DNA of 64,000 nt, taken from Stegostoma tigrinum (lineage: Eukaryota). Position 1 is the stretch's first letter. Each line of letters opens with the position of its first letter. The stretch is taken from positions 30,800,571 to 30,864,570 of the forward strand of contig NC_081378.1 in the NCBI RefSeq assembly GCF_030684315.1, given 5' to 3'. Position numbers and translations under genes: made by a program. Positions 63,368-64,000 of the stretch are shown one piece after another. Under the pieces are notes generated by a model. The model saw only the letters and a program-made list of their open reading frames with translations. It was not told where the DNA came from and searched no databases.

Positions 63368-63536
63368 TTGCCATGTCTAGAAGCAGAAGATTTGATCCAC
63401 AGCATAATATTATTTCTTTTCCTGAAATTTCTATAACTGCAATACATTTCAACTCAAACCACATATAAAGTTGATTATCTAGATTGATTAGCGCACAATC
63501 CTGTCAAATCTAAGAGCTGGATTCAAAATTCACAGT

Positions 63537-63756
63537 AAAAACCAAAAGAACTGTGGATGGTGTAAATCAGGAACTAAAACAGAAGTTGCTGGAAAAGTTC
63601 AGCAGATCCGGCAGCATCTGTGAAGAAAAAAATCAGGAGTTAACATTTCATGTCCGGTGCTGAGGAGGGGTCACTGGACCTGAAACATTAATTCCGATTT
63701 TTCTTCACAGATGCTGCCAAATCTGCTGAGCTTTACTAGCAACTTCTGTTTTTGTT
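63537..63756. mobile_element. Fold-back pLTR mini-element (family B) with hammerhead core at 63660-63689 (+)
   Basis: CTGAGGA-g-GGGTC-actg-GACCT-GAAA-ca-TT. Imperfect TSD ttcaaaattcacagt/ttcaaaactcagt. Confidence 0.88.
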
Positions 63757-64000
63757 CAAAACTCAGTGTCAGCTGGGATGGGAATTTTGCATGTAGTAAA
63801 GGTCCCGATATGACTCAACCATGTTTCAATCTGAGCATTATGCATTTGGATTCAATGACAAAACTGGTCCATAATTCAGTACAAATTGGTATAAATTGAC
63901 AATCTCATTCAAAAAATCCATAGGGAGGTGCATGTGGGAAATGGAAAATTTCACACTGGCTTAGTGAGATTGAGGTCAAACTCTATTCATTGAACTTAAC

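Noticed and set aside
1-64000. CRISPR array, prokaryotic operons, rRNA or viral genes
   Set aside because: No regularly spaced repeat-spacer array and no long intact ORFs. The recurring palindromes are dispersed pLTR elements.

Overview
Vertebrate genomic DNA that is AT-rich, repeat-dense and intronic or intergenic. The repeat families (HE1-type SINEs, HER1/CR1 LINEs) point to an elasmobranch (shark); the species cannot be fixed from the sequence. I recognise no host protein-coding gene, only weak candidate exons. The window is dominated by Penelope-like elements (PLEs). These include a nested, doubly inverted Neptune-type cluster at 13.1-18.2 kb with reverse transcriptase (RT) and GIY-YIG endonuclease remnants, two Poseidon/Penelope-type copies, and about 20 short fragments of their terminal repeats (pseudo-LTRs, pLTRs). 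At least three PLE/pLTR families carry a minimal type I hammerhead ribozyme motif (CUGANGA-stem II-GAAA-CG-UH). Five ~170-220 bp fold-back mini-elements with target-site duplications (TSDs) invert at or next to that motif. Also present are CR1, RTE and L2 LINE fragments, tRNA-derived SINEs, LTRs, a Gypsy gag/protease remnant, two short local duplications, an old inverted repeat and one assembly gap. All alignments were done by eye, so boundaries of degenerate repeats are approximate. Hammerheads in PLEs are already known as a class; the local architecture is what merits follow-up.
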